A DNA stretch of 45,171 nucleotides from a virus (Duplodnaviria > Caudoviricetes). Shown piece by piece: positions 1 to 8,999 of the stretch. The first letter of the stretch is position 1. Every line of letters begins with the position of its first letter. The notes below the pieces were generated by a model. That model saw only the letters and a list, made by a program, of their open reading frames with translations. It ran no database searches and was not told the DNA's origin. Made by a program: the position numbers and the translations under genes. The stretch covers positions 1 through 45,171 of IMG/VR virus record IMGVR_UViG_3300022697_000044. One strand, 5' to 3'.

Positions 1-52
1 CTATGCCTTGAAGCATAAGCAATTTGTCAGCTTTAAGACTCCGAAGGAGGCT
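1..52. repeat. Terminal 52-bp direct repeat (circular assembly overlap), left copy
   Basis: 1-52 is identical to 45120-45171, and an ORF reads in frame across the junction. Confidence 0.95.
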
Positions 53-160
53 GAGGCATTTGCCAACAATGGCTACAAGAAGGGCTCTATGTATGAAGTA
101 CCACAGCAAGACCATGTGCAGCAACTACTACAGCAAGCGATAAGCCCTAATCATAAGTAA
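2..160 (+). CDS. 3' part of the 128-aa hypothetical protein spanning the circular junction (starts at 44893)
   Basis: Frame continues YALKHKQFVSFKTPKEAEAFANNGYKKG...SPNHK to TAA at 158-160. Confidence 0.8.
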   Translation, partial: YALKHKQFVSFKTPKEAEAFANNGYKKGSMYEVPQQDHVQQLLQQAISPNHK

Positions 161-207
161 TGGGAGTAGGGCTAAAAAAGCGCCTGCACCATCTCGCGTG
201 TTATATA

Positions 208-344
208 CTTTATTTTTGGGCCGGTGCAGCGAATACGCACTACCAGAAGGGCAGTCAACCCTAGGCTAGCGAGCGTAGCGAGTGCCGGGTTGTACGGCCT
301 GCATTGGTAGGGCATACTTCGCGAAGGCTGGTTCGAAAATAGAG
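208..344 (+). other. Long imperfect stem-loop with an apical pas/sso-like motif
   Basis: 208-224 pairs with 328-344 (17 pairs including G-T), CTACCA 240-245 with TGGTAG 305-310, CAACCC 256-261 with GGGTTG 287-292; the tip contains CGAGCGTAGCGAG at 270-282. Confidence 0.6.
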
Positions 345-382
345 GGCGTTAATACAAAACTACTATAAGGAGTTATAGGACA

Positions 383-658
383 ATGGAATTAAATAGGAAA
401 GCATTAGCATTACCCTGGGAGTTTGATGTAGAGGAGGTAGCTCATTTACAGGCTATATTCTCATCTGACTTAGTACAAGCCTACTTACAAGCCCTAAAGC
501 ACATGGCCTTATCTAATCGGTTGATAGAGCCTAATGGAACAACCATAACCGATGTAAAAGCTGCAAATGACTACATGGCAGGTCAGGAGTTTACTCTCGA
601 TGCCTTACTCGCAACACCAATCTATATACCCACAATAAAGGAGTCACACAATGTTTAG
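383..658 (+). CDS. Hypothetical protein in the head module, upstream of scaffold
   Basis: 91-aa ORF, AAGGAG/AGGA RBS upstream, overlaps the start of the next gene. Confidence 0.75.
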   Translation: MELNRKALALPWEFDVEEVAHLQAIFSSDLVQAYLQALKHMALSNRLIEPNGTTITDVKAANDYMAGQEFTLDALLATPIYIPTIKESHNV

Positions 659-1373
659 CAATCTGTTCGGTAAATCTAGTATAGAACAACCCCAGAAGCA
701 ACCCCCTGCAGTAGGGGCAAAAGATCAAATTAAGCCTAATGGTATGAATCCTGCTGATCCTAAAGCCGCTGGTGTAGCAGATCCCGCCAATCCAGATTCT
801 GGTAAATCTGCAGTACACCCCCTTGACGCATTCAAAGATTTATATAAGGTAGATCCTAAAGACGGGCAAAAGGCTAGTAACAGACTGGAACTACCAGATG
901 AAATATTCGACAAAGTACTCCCTGGTATGGACTTCACCGCTGGCTTATCTCCCGAATTACAACAGCAAATAGCAGCAGGCGATAGCAAAGCAATGCTAGC
1001 AGCCATCCAGCAATCGGGGGCTACTGCCTACAAAACCGCAATGCAACACAACGCTATGCTAATGAACGATAACCTTGATAAACGCTTTGAAGCTTATAAG
1101 GCTACCGTTAAGCAGAATGTAGATACTAACCTCACCTCTAGTGCTCTGGCCTCGTTGCCGAATGCAGACAACCCCGTAGTTAAGGCCGAACTAGACCGTG
1201 TAGCTTCTCAACTCCGTACCAAATACCCTGATGCACCTAACAATTGGATAGTAGAGCAAACTAATACATATCTTAGTGAGTTAGGTAAGCAGTTGTCCGG
1301 TAGTACCCAACCCCAGAAACAAGCCCTCCCAGAATCCGTAGACTTTGCGGAACTCCTCAAGCAGGATAATTAA
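651..1373 (+). CDS. Probable capsid scaffolding protein
   Basis: Directly upstream of the major capsid gene; P/Q/A-rich disordered N-terminus then a helical body; AAGGAG RBS. Confidence 0.6.
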   Translation: MFSNLFGKSSIEQPQKQPPAVGAKDQIKPNGMNPADPKAAGVADPANPDSGKSAVHPLDAFKDLYKVDPKDGQKASNRLELPDEIFDKVLPGMDFTAGLSPELQQQIAAGDSKAMLAAIQQSGATAYKTAMQHNAMLMNDNLDKRFEAYKATVKQNVDTNLTSSALASLPNADNPVVKAELDRVASQLRTKYPDAPNNWIVEQTNTYLSELGKQLSGSTQPQKQALPESVDFAELLKQDN

Positions 1374-1397
1374 ATTCATATAGCATAGGAGATAACT

Positions 1398-2603
1398 ATG
1401 CCCTTTACTACTGGTGTATTTAACACCACATTCAATCCGAACCAATTAAATACACGTTCGTTTAACGCGGCCATTCTACGACTGTTCCCAAATGGTACAG
1501 CCCCGTTGTTTGCACTTACTGCCCAGACTAAGAAAGGGCGTGCTAAGGCTGCAACTCACGGTTACTTCACTAAGACTTTCCAATTCCCTTCCATTACTAT
1601 GGGTGCGGGTGCGGCTGTTGCAGCTACTACTACTTTGACAGTGCTATCCACTGCTGGTCTTGTGGCTGGTATGATCTTCCAGGTTAAAGCCTCCCGTGAG
1701 TTAGTTAAGGTGCTTACAATTCCAACCGCTACTACTGTGACAATCACTCGTGGCTATGGTCGTATTGCAGCTGGGGCTATTGGTGCTAACGTAATTCTAT
1801 CGGGTGTGGGTAATGCGCACATTGAAGGTTCTAACCGACCTACTGCTCGTGGGATTACTACTGTATACGTACCTAACTTCACACAGATTTTCCGTAATGC
1901 TTGGGCTGTAACCGACACTGCGCGTGCTTCTCTGGTTGAGGCTGGATTTGGTAACGTTACTGAATCTCGTAAGGATGCCATGCTAATGCATGCTGGTGAT
2001 ATGGAATCTACATTGTTCCTGGGTCAGGCACAGATGATTACCACTGGTACTGCTCCTGAACATACTACTCAGGGCGTTATTGATGCTGTATATCAGTATG
2101 CACCTATTAATATTAAGGCCGCTGCAGCTACTACCAATTATACACAGTTGGTATCTATGCTGGAGTCCATGTTTAAGTATACTTCTGACATGGGTAATGC
2201 TAAGCAGCGTATCGCTTTTGTGGATTCGGTAGCCTTACGTGTACTAAACGACATTGGCCGTCTCAATGGTGTAGTGGAAATTACGTCCTCTGAAACTACC
2301 TTTGGTTTGTCTTTCACTACTATCAAGTTCTATAAGGGTACTATCCGTTTGATTGAGCATCCTATGTTCAATGATCTGGATGCCTTGGCTGGTACTATGG
2401 TTGTGATTGATCTGCCTGCTATTCGTTTAGCTTATATGGAAGGCCGTGACGCCAAGACTGAAGAGTATGGTATTGGTGGTAAGCCTGCCTTGCAAGGTGA
2501 GGATAGTGTAGGTGGTTCACTTACTAGTGAATTCGCATGTGAATTGGTTAATCCTGCGTCTTGCGGTATTATCTCTGGATTGACTGCCGGAGCCGCAGGA
2601 TAA
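1398..2603 (+). CDS. Major capsid protein (SU10 MCP/DUF5309-like, HK97 fold) with a beta-rich insertion
   Basis: 401 aa; NFTQIFRNAWAVTDT...MHAGDMESTLFLG segment, G-x-I-x-L-x-x-HP motif and C-terminal SEFACELVNP typical of this family; AGGAG RBS. Confidence 0.85.
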   Translation: MPFTTGVFNTTFNPNQLNTRSFNAAILRLFPNGTAPLFALTAQTKKGRAKAATHGYFTKTFQFPSITMGAGAAVAATTTLTVLSTAGLVAGMIFQVKASRELVKVLTIPTATTVTITRGYGRIAAGAIGANVILSGVGNAHIEGSNRPTARGITTVYVPNFTQIFRNAWAVTDTARASLVEAGFGNVTESRKDAMLMHAGDMESTLFLGQAQMITTGTAPEHTTQGVIDAVYQYAPINIKAAAATTNYTQLVSMLESMFKYTSDMGNAKQRIAFVDSVALRVLNDIGRLNGVVEITSSETTFGLSFTTIKFYKGTIRLIEHPMFNDLDALAGTMVVIDLPAIRLAYMEGRDAKTEEYGIGGKPALQGEDSVGGSLTSEFACELVNPASCGIISGLTAGAAG

Positions 2604-2618
2604 ACTAGCCCAATCGGG

Positions 2619-2645
2619 GGAAGGTAGTCGCTTAGGCTACCTTCC
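2619..2645 (+). terminator. Hairpin after the capsid gene (weak terminator or mRNA-stabilising stem)
   Basis: GGAAGGTAGTC-GCTTA-GGCTACCTTCC stem; no clean U-tract follows. Confidence 0.55.
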
Positions 2646-2672
2646 TACCTTAACAATTTAAGGAGTTTTATA

Positions 2673-2954
2673 ATGGTAACCACGAATCCACTACTGGATA
2701 AAATCAGGAATAGTGCAGCTACGCCTGCAGAGCCTACGCCTGTAATTATTACCCCTACGCCAGTGCCTGAACTTGCTGCTGCTAAGGGCGAAGTACTGTT
2801 TGATTTACTATCGAATCAGATGCCTGTACGCACTGCACTATCTGGAGGTCAGGAGGTCAGTTTCCCCTATGTGACTAGCGACCCTGCCGAAATTAAGTTC
2901 CTGAGGGCATTTGCTAAGCATTGCGGGCTACTCATTGTAGTCGAAGGCAAGTAA
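2673..2954 (+). CDS. Hypothetical protein
   Basis: 93-aa ORF with AAGGAG RBS in the structural operon. Confidence 0.75.
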   Translation: MVTTNPLLDKIRNSAATPAEPTPVIITPTPVPELAAAKGEVLFDLLSNQMPVRTALSGGQEVSFPYVTSDPAEIKFLRAFAKHCGLLIVVEGK

Positions 2955-2960
2955 ATAGTC

Positions 2961-3536
2961 ATGGCGTTAGGTGATGTTATCACCACGGTAATGGATGTTA
3001 CAGGTAGGCCTGATAAGGAAACCTATATTCGGGCTACTGTAACTTCCATTATTCGTATGCTGGCAGGACTAAAGGATGAGCCTCTTAGCTTAGTAGATGC
3101 ACCACAAGCAGTAAGCAACACACTACTGGTGCATAGTATAGTGGCCCCTACCGATTTAAGGGAAGTTGCCTATATTCGGCCTAGCCAGTATAATGCATTT
3201 CTTACTAAAGTTAATCCTCGTAAAACTATGCTGCATGGAATGCCAGTAGTTAATTGCTACTATAGGCAGGGGTCGAATATTATTATTAATTTGCAGCAGG
3301 GGCATCAAACCAGTTTATTAGTATTCGGTTATTATGCTCATCCTTCAGTATTATTGAATGATATGGCTACAAATTGGGTACTGGACAATTATCAGGATGT
3401 GGTAATTGATCTACTTAGTGCTAAGGTATTTAGAATTACAGGAGACACGGATAGTGCTACAGGTGTAGAAGGTGGCACAGCTATTAGGATTCAACAGATT
3501 ATTGACTCTTCCAGTACTGATGCATTTGTAGGTTAA
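2961..3536 (+). CDS. Probable head-tail adaptor (tail tubular A-like)
   Basis: 191 aa downstream of the capsid gene; helical N- and C-termini around a beta core; GYYAHP...TNWVLDNY pattern typical of podovirus adaptors. Confidence 0.6.
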   Translation: MALGDVITTVMDVTGRPDKETYIRATVTSIIRMLAGLKDEPLSLVDAPQAVSNTLLVHSIVAPTDLREVAYIRPSQYNAFLTKVNPRKTMLHGMPVVNCYYRQGSNIIINLQQGHQTSLLVFGYYAHPSVLLNDMATNWVLDNYQDVVIDLLSAKVFRITGDTDSATGVEGGTAIRIQQIIDSSSTDAFVG

Positions 3537-3537
3537 T

Positions 3538-3948
3538 ATGCTAGGGAATAATAAGGCCTTTAATAGGGAGTCTAGTAGCCCTGGTAGTATGGGATCTGCT
3601 AGTAATCAACTCACGTTAATAGCAGGTGAAACTTTAGGTTATCCTCGTGCAGTAATGTTAGACGTGTTTAATAATGTAGTTTTATTTAATCCTACTAGTG
3701 CTGTTGCAGGTAGTTTAATAGGGGTTACAATGCATTCTGCTGCTCTTGGGACTACAGTTGATATTATCACTCAAGGGAAATTAACGTATACTGGTTGGGG
3801 ATTGGTTTCTGGGGCAGTTCAGTATGCGGGAGCCCTAGGGATAATATCTAATAATCCTGTAACATCAGGAAATCAGCAGGCATTGGGCTTAGCCTTAACA
3901 ACTGATAGTATTCTGATTAAGGATCTACAATCTGTAGATTTAATATAA
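3538..3948 (+). CDS. Virion decoration/fibre-base protein (DUF2190/capsid-cement-like)
   Basis: AGETLG...IGV...G.V.I.TQG...G.L...P pattern, paralogous to the next gene. Confidence 0.55.
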   Translation: MLGNNKAFNRESSSPGSMGSASNQLTLIAGETLGYPRAVMLDVFNNVVLFNPTSAVAGSLIGVTMHSAALGTTVDIITQGKLTYTGWGLVSGAVQYAGALGIISNNPVTSGNQQALGLALTTDSILIKDLQSVDLI

Positions 3949-3961
3949 AGGAGAATTAAAA

Positions 3962-4483
3962 ATGGCGGAAAATGTAGAGGTAATTAGTGGTGTATTAACT
4001 CGTAAGGTGCCGAATAGTGTATCCGCAGGCGCACCCGATGCGGCTAAAATGGTTCAATTGAATGTTGCGGGGAAACTTGATGTTAGTCTCCTACCATCTG
4101 CTGCGTTAAATGGGTCAGAGGACTATGTATTGATTGCCTTTGAAACACTGGCGGCAGGCGATTTGGTAAATGTGTTTGCTAACGCTGGCGTGGCTAGTCT
4201 TCGCAAGGCCGATGCAACTGATAATACTAAACCCCCGATGGGCTATGTGCAGGCCGGTGTTACTGCGGGTGCAACGGGTACAGCACGACTGGGTAATGGT
4301 GTAATTACTGGTATGTCTGGCCTTGTTATTGGTGCTCGTTACTATGCCAGTGCAGCAACTCCCGGGGGCATTACATTAACTCCTCCCACTGTTGCTGGTA
4401 ACGTGGTTTATCCAGTGGGGCGTTCTAAGTCTACTACTGAATTTGCCTATGTTGATGATACTTCTGCGATTACATTAGCCTAA
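3962..4483 (+). CDS. Virion decoration/fibre-base protein (DUF2190/capsid-cement-like)
   Basis: AFETLAAGDLV...RKADA...GYV...GLVIGARYY...G.IT.T.P; AAGGAG RBS. Confidence 0.6.
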   Translation: MAENVEVISGVLTRKVPNSVSAGAPDAAKMVQLNVAGKLDVSLLPSAALNGSEDYVLIAFETLAAGDLVNVFANAGVASLRKADATDNTKPPMGYVQAGVTAGATGTARLGNGVITGMSGLVIGARYYASAATPGGITLTPPTVAGNVVYPVGRSKSTTEFAYVDDTSAITLA

Positions 4484-4704
4484 TGGCACTTCGTAAGCCT
4501 CTAGTTATTATTGCTGGTGAAGTACAAGAACTGCCAGTCACTGATTTCGTTGCCACAGGAACGAGTGAGGACATAGGTGTCCGCTATAGGTTTACTACTG
4601 CGACTAAAGTGGTTCCTTTAAACTTCCAATACTTAGTGAGTGGCACACTAAGTATTGGAAGTACAGCTACACTTAATGTTGTTGGGCAGGTGGTTATTAT
4701 ATGA
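4483..4704 (+). CDS. Small structural/fibre-associated protein
   Basis: 73 aa; TAATG coupling upstream and ATGA coupling downstream; starts MALRKPLVI..GE.QELP. Confidence 0.65.
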   Translation: MALRKPLVIIAGEVQELPVTDFVATGTSEDIGVRYRFTTATKVVPLNFQYLVSGTLSIGSTATLNVVGQVVII

Positions 4705-7040
4705 GTGACTTACAGATAGCCCTTAATACTAGTACTCCTACTCCTCCACCGGTAGGGTTTCTTGCGTTGTACTCTAAAATAGATGGCAAATGGTATCAGC
4801 AGGATAGTAATGGTATAGAAAGCCTGCTAGACTCTCCTCCCTTAGTATCTTCTGTAGCTGGCAAGACTGGAGCAATTAATCTAGTTAAAGCCGATGTGGG
4901 ATTAGCCAGTGTGAACAATACTAGTGATGCTAATAAGCCCGTTAGTACGCGCCAGCAAGCCGCTTTAGATGCAAAGCTAGGTGTGGTAATTCCTGCCCTC
5001 GCAGTAACAAAAACAGCCAACGCCGTCACGAAGCCGCTCAGAGTTGACGTAGCAGACTGGCATCCCGCAGCACGCAAGCATTGGCTATATGGCACGCATC
5101 GTAGTTGGAATACGGAAGCATTAAACACAGCTACTCGCGGTAGTAAGATGACAGGGCCAGCTAAGTTCGCTGTTGTCCTTGAGTTATCCCTATTATCCAT
5201 CTATGACTTAACGGAACCCAGTGCGCCACTCTGGCGGTCACGAACGGTAATTGGTGCTTCAAGTGCAGCCATGCTAAACGGCGTATTGGTTATTGTGACA
5301 GGCACAGGCTTAGTCGTTGATAACTACATTTTAGACAGCATAGATAACGCACCGAATTACACTACTGCGACTACCCCTGCCATAGTAAATAACACAGTCA
5401 ATTCAGTAGCAATAACCACCCGCTCTGGCGCACCACTGGATAACAACGGCGTGCCTAAGCCTACTATTGCGGCCTTTACCGACGGTGGCCCTAGTATAAT
5501 CCATAATGATGGTACAGTAGCTAATTTAACATACACTGAGGTTATGTCTAACTCGTCGCAGTACGGAGGGTTCACTACTAACGGTGGTCTATGGTATGGT
5601 TCAAGACATATTGGCACATCGTCTGTCTATGTGTTGGAATACACAACTATTCCACAGGCTACAACAAGCGCGGCCCCCGATGCGCTATATACAGTTATTT
5701 CACAAATGAGACCCAATGTGAGCTTGTATATCCTAAATGAAGCTGCTTCAAATACGGTTACTACGGAATTAGTTGCAGGTAAATATATAGGCAACCCTTC
5801 GGGTCTGACGATAATTCATCGCAACCCAACAACCCCAGCAAATGGCATGGTTGCCTATATAAACTCACTCTACAACACAGGCTACATGGTGGGCGACATC
5901 CGCCGATGCGTACTAGCTAACGTCGATAATGCAAGCTTAACACTAACAAACGGCACGGTAATCCCAGACCGCAGTGTGAAGAACAGCACTGGCATGACCG
6001 TAGTCGGCACTATCACGCAGACAGTTAATGCTGGTGGCGTTAATGTGTATAGTGGGTTCAGCGCAGCTAACTACTTTAGTGAAGCTTCGCATGCTGATTG
6101 GAATGCTTTAGGCACTGGCGATTTCAGTATTATTATGAGCGGTGTTAAGTGGGGGACTGCTGGGACAAGTCGCGGAGTGTTTACTTGGGGCGATGGTATC
6201 ACCGTTGGCTCCATAGGATTGTTTATATCCACAGCAAATAAAATTACGCTGTATATCCATAATGGCGCATCGTACACAGCAAACAGTTTTACTGTTACAC
6301 AGGCTCTTACCGATACCGCTGAACATGTTCTAGTGATGTCGCGCACATCGGGCACAGTGTCATTTATTGTAGATGGTATGCTGCAAGCTGGAACGCTAGC
6401 AGGCTCTGCAGCACTCACTGTCAGCAATTCTGCTGGTGCGTTATTGATAGGTAATGGTGTTGGTGCGCTGGCCGCACCGTGGACAGGTGGTCAAGTACGC
6501 AATGTACGCATTTCCGCAACAGTGCCCACAGCAGAGCAATCATTATTCATTGCACAGCAGGAGAACGCATTGAATGGTGGCACACTAGCTCTACTATCAG
6601 CAGACGCAGTAACAGCCCTCGATTACAACAAGAAAGCTGACTTACTATCCGTTGAAACAGCAGCAGGCTACGACTACGTTAATGGCTTACGCGTTGTGAA
6701 TAAAGGTGTCGCTAAGACAGATGTTACAGACATGGGCTTTGATCGCATCCAGAAGGATGCTACGCATGTGTATATCAATACTCCTGCTATCAGCGTGCGT
6801 GAAGCTTTAGAAGCTGATGCGGCGGATACTGTCCGGCCAACTGTACTAACTAAACTAACGGCTGTAGGCACTACGCTAACCTTTCCTAAAGGCTTCACGC
6901 CCATCCGGGTGAATGCGGCGACCGGTACTTACGTTAGCCTATCCACCAATACTCCACAATTTGATGGTTTCCTGTATAGCCTCCAGTCTGGAGTTATCAA
7001 TGGTACTGTGTACGATGTTGAAATGAAGGAGGTGGCATAA
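4701..7040 (+). CDS. Tail fibre/receptor-binding protein with a LamG/ConA-like domain
   Basis: Fibre motif VSSVAGKTGAINLVKADVGLASVNNTSDANKPVST; central LGTGDFSI...HVLVMSRTSG.VSFIVDG...LLIG...VRIS resembles a LamG jelly-roll. Confidence 0.75.
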   Translation: MSDLQIALNTSTPTPPPVGFLALYSKIDGKWYQQDSNGIESLLDSPPLVSSVAGKTGAINLVKADVGLASVNNTSDANKPVSTRQQAALDAKLGVVIPALAVTKTANAVTKPLRVDVADWHPAARKHWLYGTHRSWNTEALNTATRGSKMTGPAKFAVVLELSLLSIYDLTEPSAPLWRSRTVIGASSAAMLNGVLVIVTGTGLVVDNYILDSIDNAPNYTTATTPAIVNNTVNSVAITTRSGAPLDNNGVPKPTIAAFTDGGPSIIHNDGTVANLTYTEVMSNSSQYGGFTTNGGLWYGSRHIGTSSVYVLEYTTIPQATTSAAPDALYTVISQMRPNVSLYILNEAASNTVTTELVAGKYIGNPSGLTIIHRNPTTPANGMVAYINSLYNTGYMVGDIRRCVLANVDNASLTLTNGTVIPDRSVKNSTGMTVVGTITQTVNAGGVNVYSGFSAANYFSEASHADWNALGTGDFSIIMSGVKWGTAGTSRGVFTWGDGITVGSIGLFISTANKITLYIHNGASYTANSFTVTQALTDTAEHVLVMSRTSGTVSFIVDGMLQAGTLAGSAALTVSNSAGALLIGNGVGALAAPWTGGQVRNVRISATVPTAEQSLFIAQQENALNGGTLALLSADAVTALDYNKKADLLSVETAAGYDYVNGLRVVNKGVAKTDVTDMGFDRIQKDATHVYINTPAISVREALEADAADTVRPTVLTKLTAVGTTLTFPKGFTPIRVNAATGTYVSLSTNTPQFDGFLYSLQSGVINGTVYDVEMKEVA

Positions 7041-7555
7041 TGATAGACCTGATGGGTAATACCACATACACGACAGAAGAACTAAAAGCACGGGCAATGG
7101 CACGGCTATCCGAACAAGGACTAGGACTAGCTGAACGGCTGGCTAACCTTGAACGCATTGCTTATTCCGTACTTGACCCTACCGGCCATCCCATAACTGA
7201 TGCGGCGCAGGTGGCTGGTATCGGGGCGGCACTCACAGCAGTCGAAGACTCCTATAAGGCAGAGTTTGTGGCTAATGGTAAATTGCTGACTGTTATAGGC
7301 TATGAAAAAGCACAGGCACGAGTAGCAGTTCCCGCATTAAAGGCCACGGATAAAGACGCAGACGGTAACTTATTGTACCCGCTAGTCGATAACAGTAATC
7401 CGGGTGGCACTACAGTACTGAGTACAAACCCTGCCATCATAGCAGACCAAGCAGACCGCACAGCGGCACATGTAGTCGTTACAAGGGCATCGGTGGCAAC
7501 GAAAGCACTGGCTATCAAGCGTGCTAAAGCAGCTATAGCCGTAGCGCCGAAATGA
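7040..7555 (+). CDS. Hypothetical protein, possible fibre chaperone
   Basis: 171 aa, Ala-rich and helical, TAATG-coupled to the fibre gene; AGGAGG RBS. Confidence 0.6.
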   Translation: MIDLMGNTTYTTEELKARAMARLSEQGLGLAERLANLERIAYSVLDPTGHPITDAAQVAGIGAALTAVEDSYKAEFVANGKLLTVIGYEKAQARVAVPALKATDKDADGNLLYPLVDNSNPGGTTVLSTNPAIIADQADRTAAHVVVTRASVATKALAIKRAKAAIAVAPK

Positions 7556-7875
7556 GAATATTTCACCGTACTGGCTTCCCCATCCCCCGGAACAGTGCGG
7601 CTATCACTATAGGTACATGGATATTCATTCGCCCGGGTACTAACGTATTGCCTCACGAAAAAATTCACGTTAGGCAGTTCATGGCACAGCCATTTACATT
7701 CTGGCTACGCTATCTGTTTAGTAAAAAATGGAGGCTGCGCTATGAGGCAGAAGCCTATGCTACATCTGTAAAGAATGGGGCATCAATCAATATGGTTGCT
7801 GATGCCCTAGCACTGGACTATAAATTAAATATAACACTTTCCGCAGCGCGGAATGCCATTAGCAAATACCTATGA
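7552..7875 (+). CDS. Small HExxH zinc metallopeptidase-like protein (DUF4157-like)
   Basis: AAITIG...VLPHEKIHVRQ...YEAEAY. Confidence 0.65.
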   Translation: MRIFHRTGFPIPRNSAAITIGTWIFIRPGTNVLPHEKIHVRQFMAQPFTFWLRYLFSKKWRLRYEAEAYATSVKNGASINMVADALALDYKLNITLSAARNAISKYL

Positions 7876-7891
7876 AAGCAGGGATACCATA

Positions 7892-8260
7892 ATGAATTAT
7901 AACGGTAAGGAACGTCGCAGTGAACTATCCCAGTCAGTGCGTGCGTGCATGTCAACTGAACTAGCAAAGCATGAGGAAAAGGAGCAAGAGTGGCTAGACC
8001 AGCATAAGAAAGATGATGCTGCGTGGCTGTCAGAGCATGAGCGTAAAGACATAGCTGCACATGACACAGTGTGTGATAAACTAGACTCATTAGCTAGCGA
8101 GCAAATCAAAATAAAAGAGTTGATCAATGAGGTTAAGTCCGTGTGGGATGGGCTAGGAGCAGTAGGTAAGGGTGTCATCTGGACGGCTAAGGTGCTCGGC
8201 AGCCTTAGTGTTATTACCGGCTCCATCTGGGCGGTGGTGCATTTCGGCCATAAGCCATGA
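7892..8260 (+). CDS. Coiled-coil protein with a C-terminal membrane segment (holin/antiholin-like)
   Basis: Likely start ATG 7892 (MNYNGKERR); charged coiled coil followed by hydrophobic VLGSLSVITGSIWAVVHF; upstream of the endolysin. Confidence 0.55.
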   Translation: MNYNGKERRSELSQSVRACMSTELAKHEEKEQEWLDQHKKDDAAWLSEHERKDIAAHDTVCDKLDSLASEQIKIKELINEVKSVWDGLGAVGKGVIWTAKVLGSLSVITGSIWAVVHFGHKP

Positions 8261-8496
8261 ACCCTGACCAGCGCAAGCCGGGCAAATGTTACTACACGGG
8301 TGAAGAGGGCAGATGCTATCACTCGTGCAATGACTCAGGCATGTGCTCTGATAACAAATACTGCCTCGTTGCACTAATGAGAGAAGCAGCCGGGGCTAGA
8401 GACATTAACCCCTGTGGTAAACGGTGTAAGGATATGCCGTTAGGGTTTAAGGGTTGTGGTAGCGTGTATTGTATTCATGTCAAAGGAGAAGAGTAG
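8257..8496 (+). CDS. Cys-rich hypothetical protein
   Basis: 79 aa with 9 Cys; ATGA-coupled to the previous gene and ends 1 nt before the lysozyme ATG. Confidence 0.6.
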   Translation: MNPDQRKPGKCYYTGEEGRCYHSCNDSGMCSDNKYCLVALMREAAGARDINPCGKRCKDMPLGFKGCGSVYCIHVKGEE

Positions 8497-8497
8497 C

Positions 8498-8905
8498 ATG
8501 TCAAAGATTATGGATTTGATAGTTAGCCATGAGGGCGTACGATACTTACCTTATAAAGATTCACTAGGCATACAAACAATAGGTGCAGGTCATAATCTGA
8601 CTAAGCCTCTATCATCGGGTGCGGTCATGTTGATACTGGCTGATGACATAGCGGACGCCCGCCACGACTGCTATACGTTTGACTGGTTTCCCTACCTTGG
8701 CTCTGTTCGGCAGGCTGTAGTCATAGATATGATATTTAATATGGGATTAGCACGATTTAAGGGGTTTAAGAATACGATCAGTCACCTTGCAAGGGGTACA
8801 TATAGTGCCGCTGCGCTAGAAATGCTGGATAGTAAATGGGCGACTCAAGTTGGCAAGCGGGCACTCGAACTATCTAATATGATGCGTACTGGCGAGTGGC
8901 AATAG
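8498..8905 (+). CDS. Endolysin, T4-lysozyme-like glycoside hydrolase family 24
   Basis: Catalytic E-x8-D-x5-T (HEGVRYLPYKDSLGIQTIG), RQAVVIDMIFNMG, SKWATQVGKRA; start ATG 8498 after AAAGGAG. Confidence 0.92.
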   Translation: MSKIMDLIVSHEGVRYLPYKDSLGIQTIGAGHNLTKPLSSGAVMLILADDIADARHDCYTFDWFPYLGSVRQAVVIDMIFNMGLARFKGFKNTISHLARGTYSAAALEMLDSKWATQVGKRALELSNMMRTGEWQ

Positions 8906-8913
8906 GAGTTAAT

Positions 8914-8997
8914 ATGTGGTGGATTATTACGGGTATCATAGTGGCAGCACTTGCAGGAGTTAGTGTATGGTATATTGCTAACTTTGATTTGTACTAA
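8914..8997 (+). CDS. 27-aa single-pass membrane peptide (not in the ORF track)
   Basis: AGGAG RBS; MWWIITGIIVAALAGVSVWYIANFDLY*; fills the gap between lysozyme and holin. Confidence 0.65.
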   Translation: MWWIITGIIVAALAGVSVWYIANFDLY

Positions 8998-8999
8998 TC

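Noticed and set aside
1-52. 52-bp end repeat as a biological direct terminal repeat
   Set aside because: It lies in the middle of an intact ORF and is best explained as a circular-assembly overlap.
8914-8997. Lipoprotein o-spanin
   Set aside because: LAGV lacks the lipobox Cys and there is no basic N-terminus.
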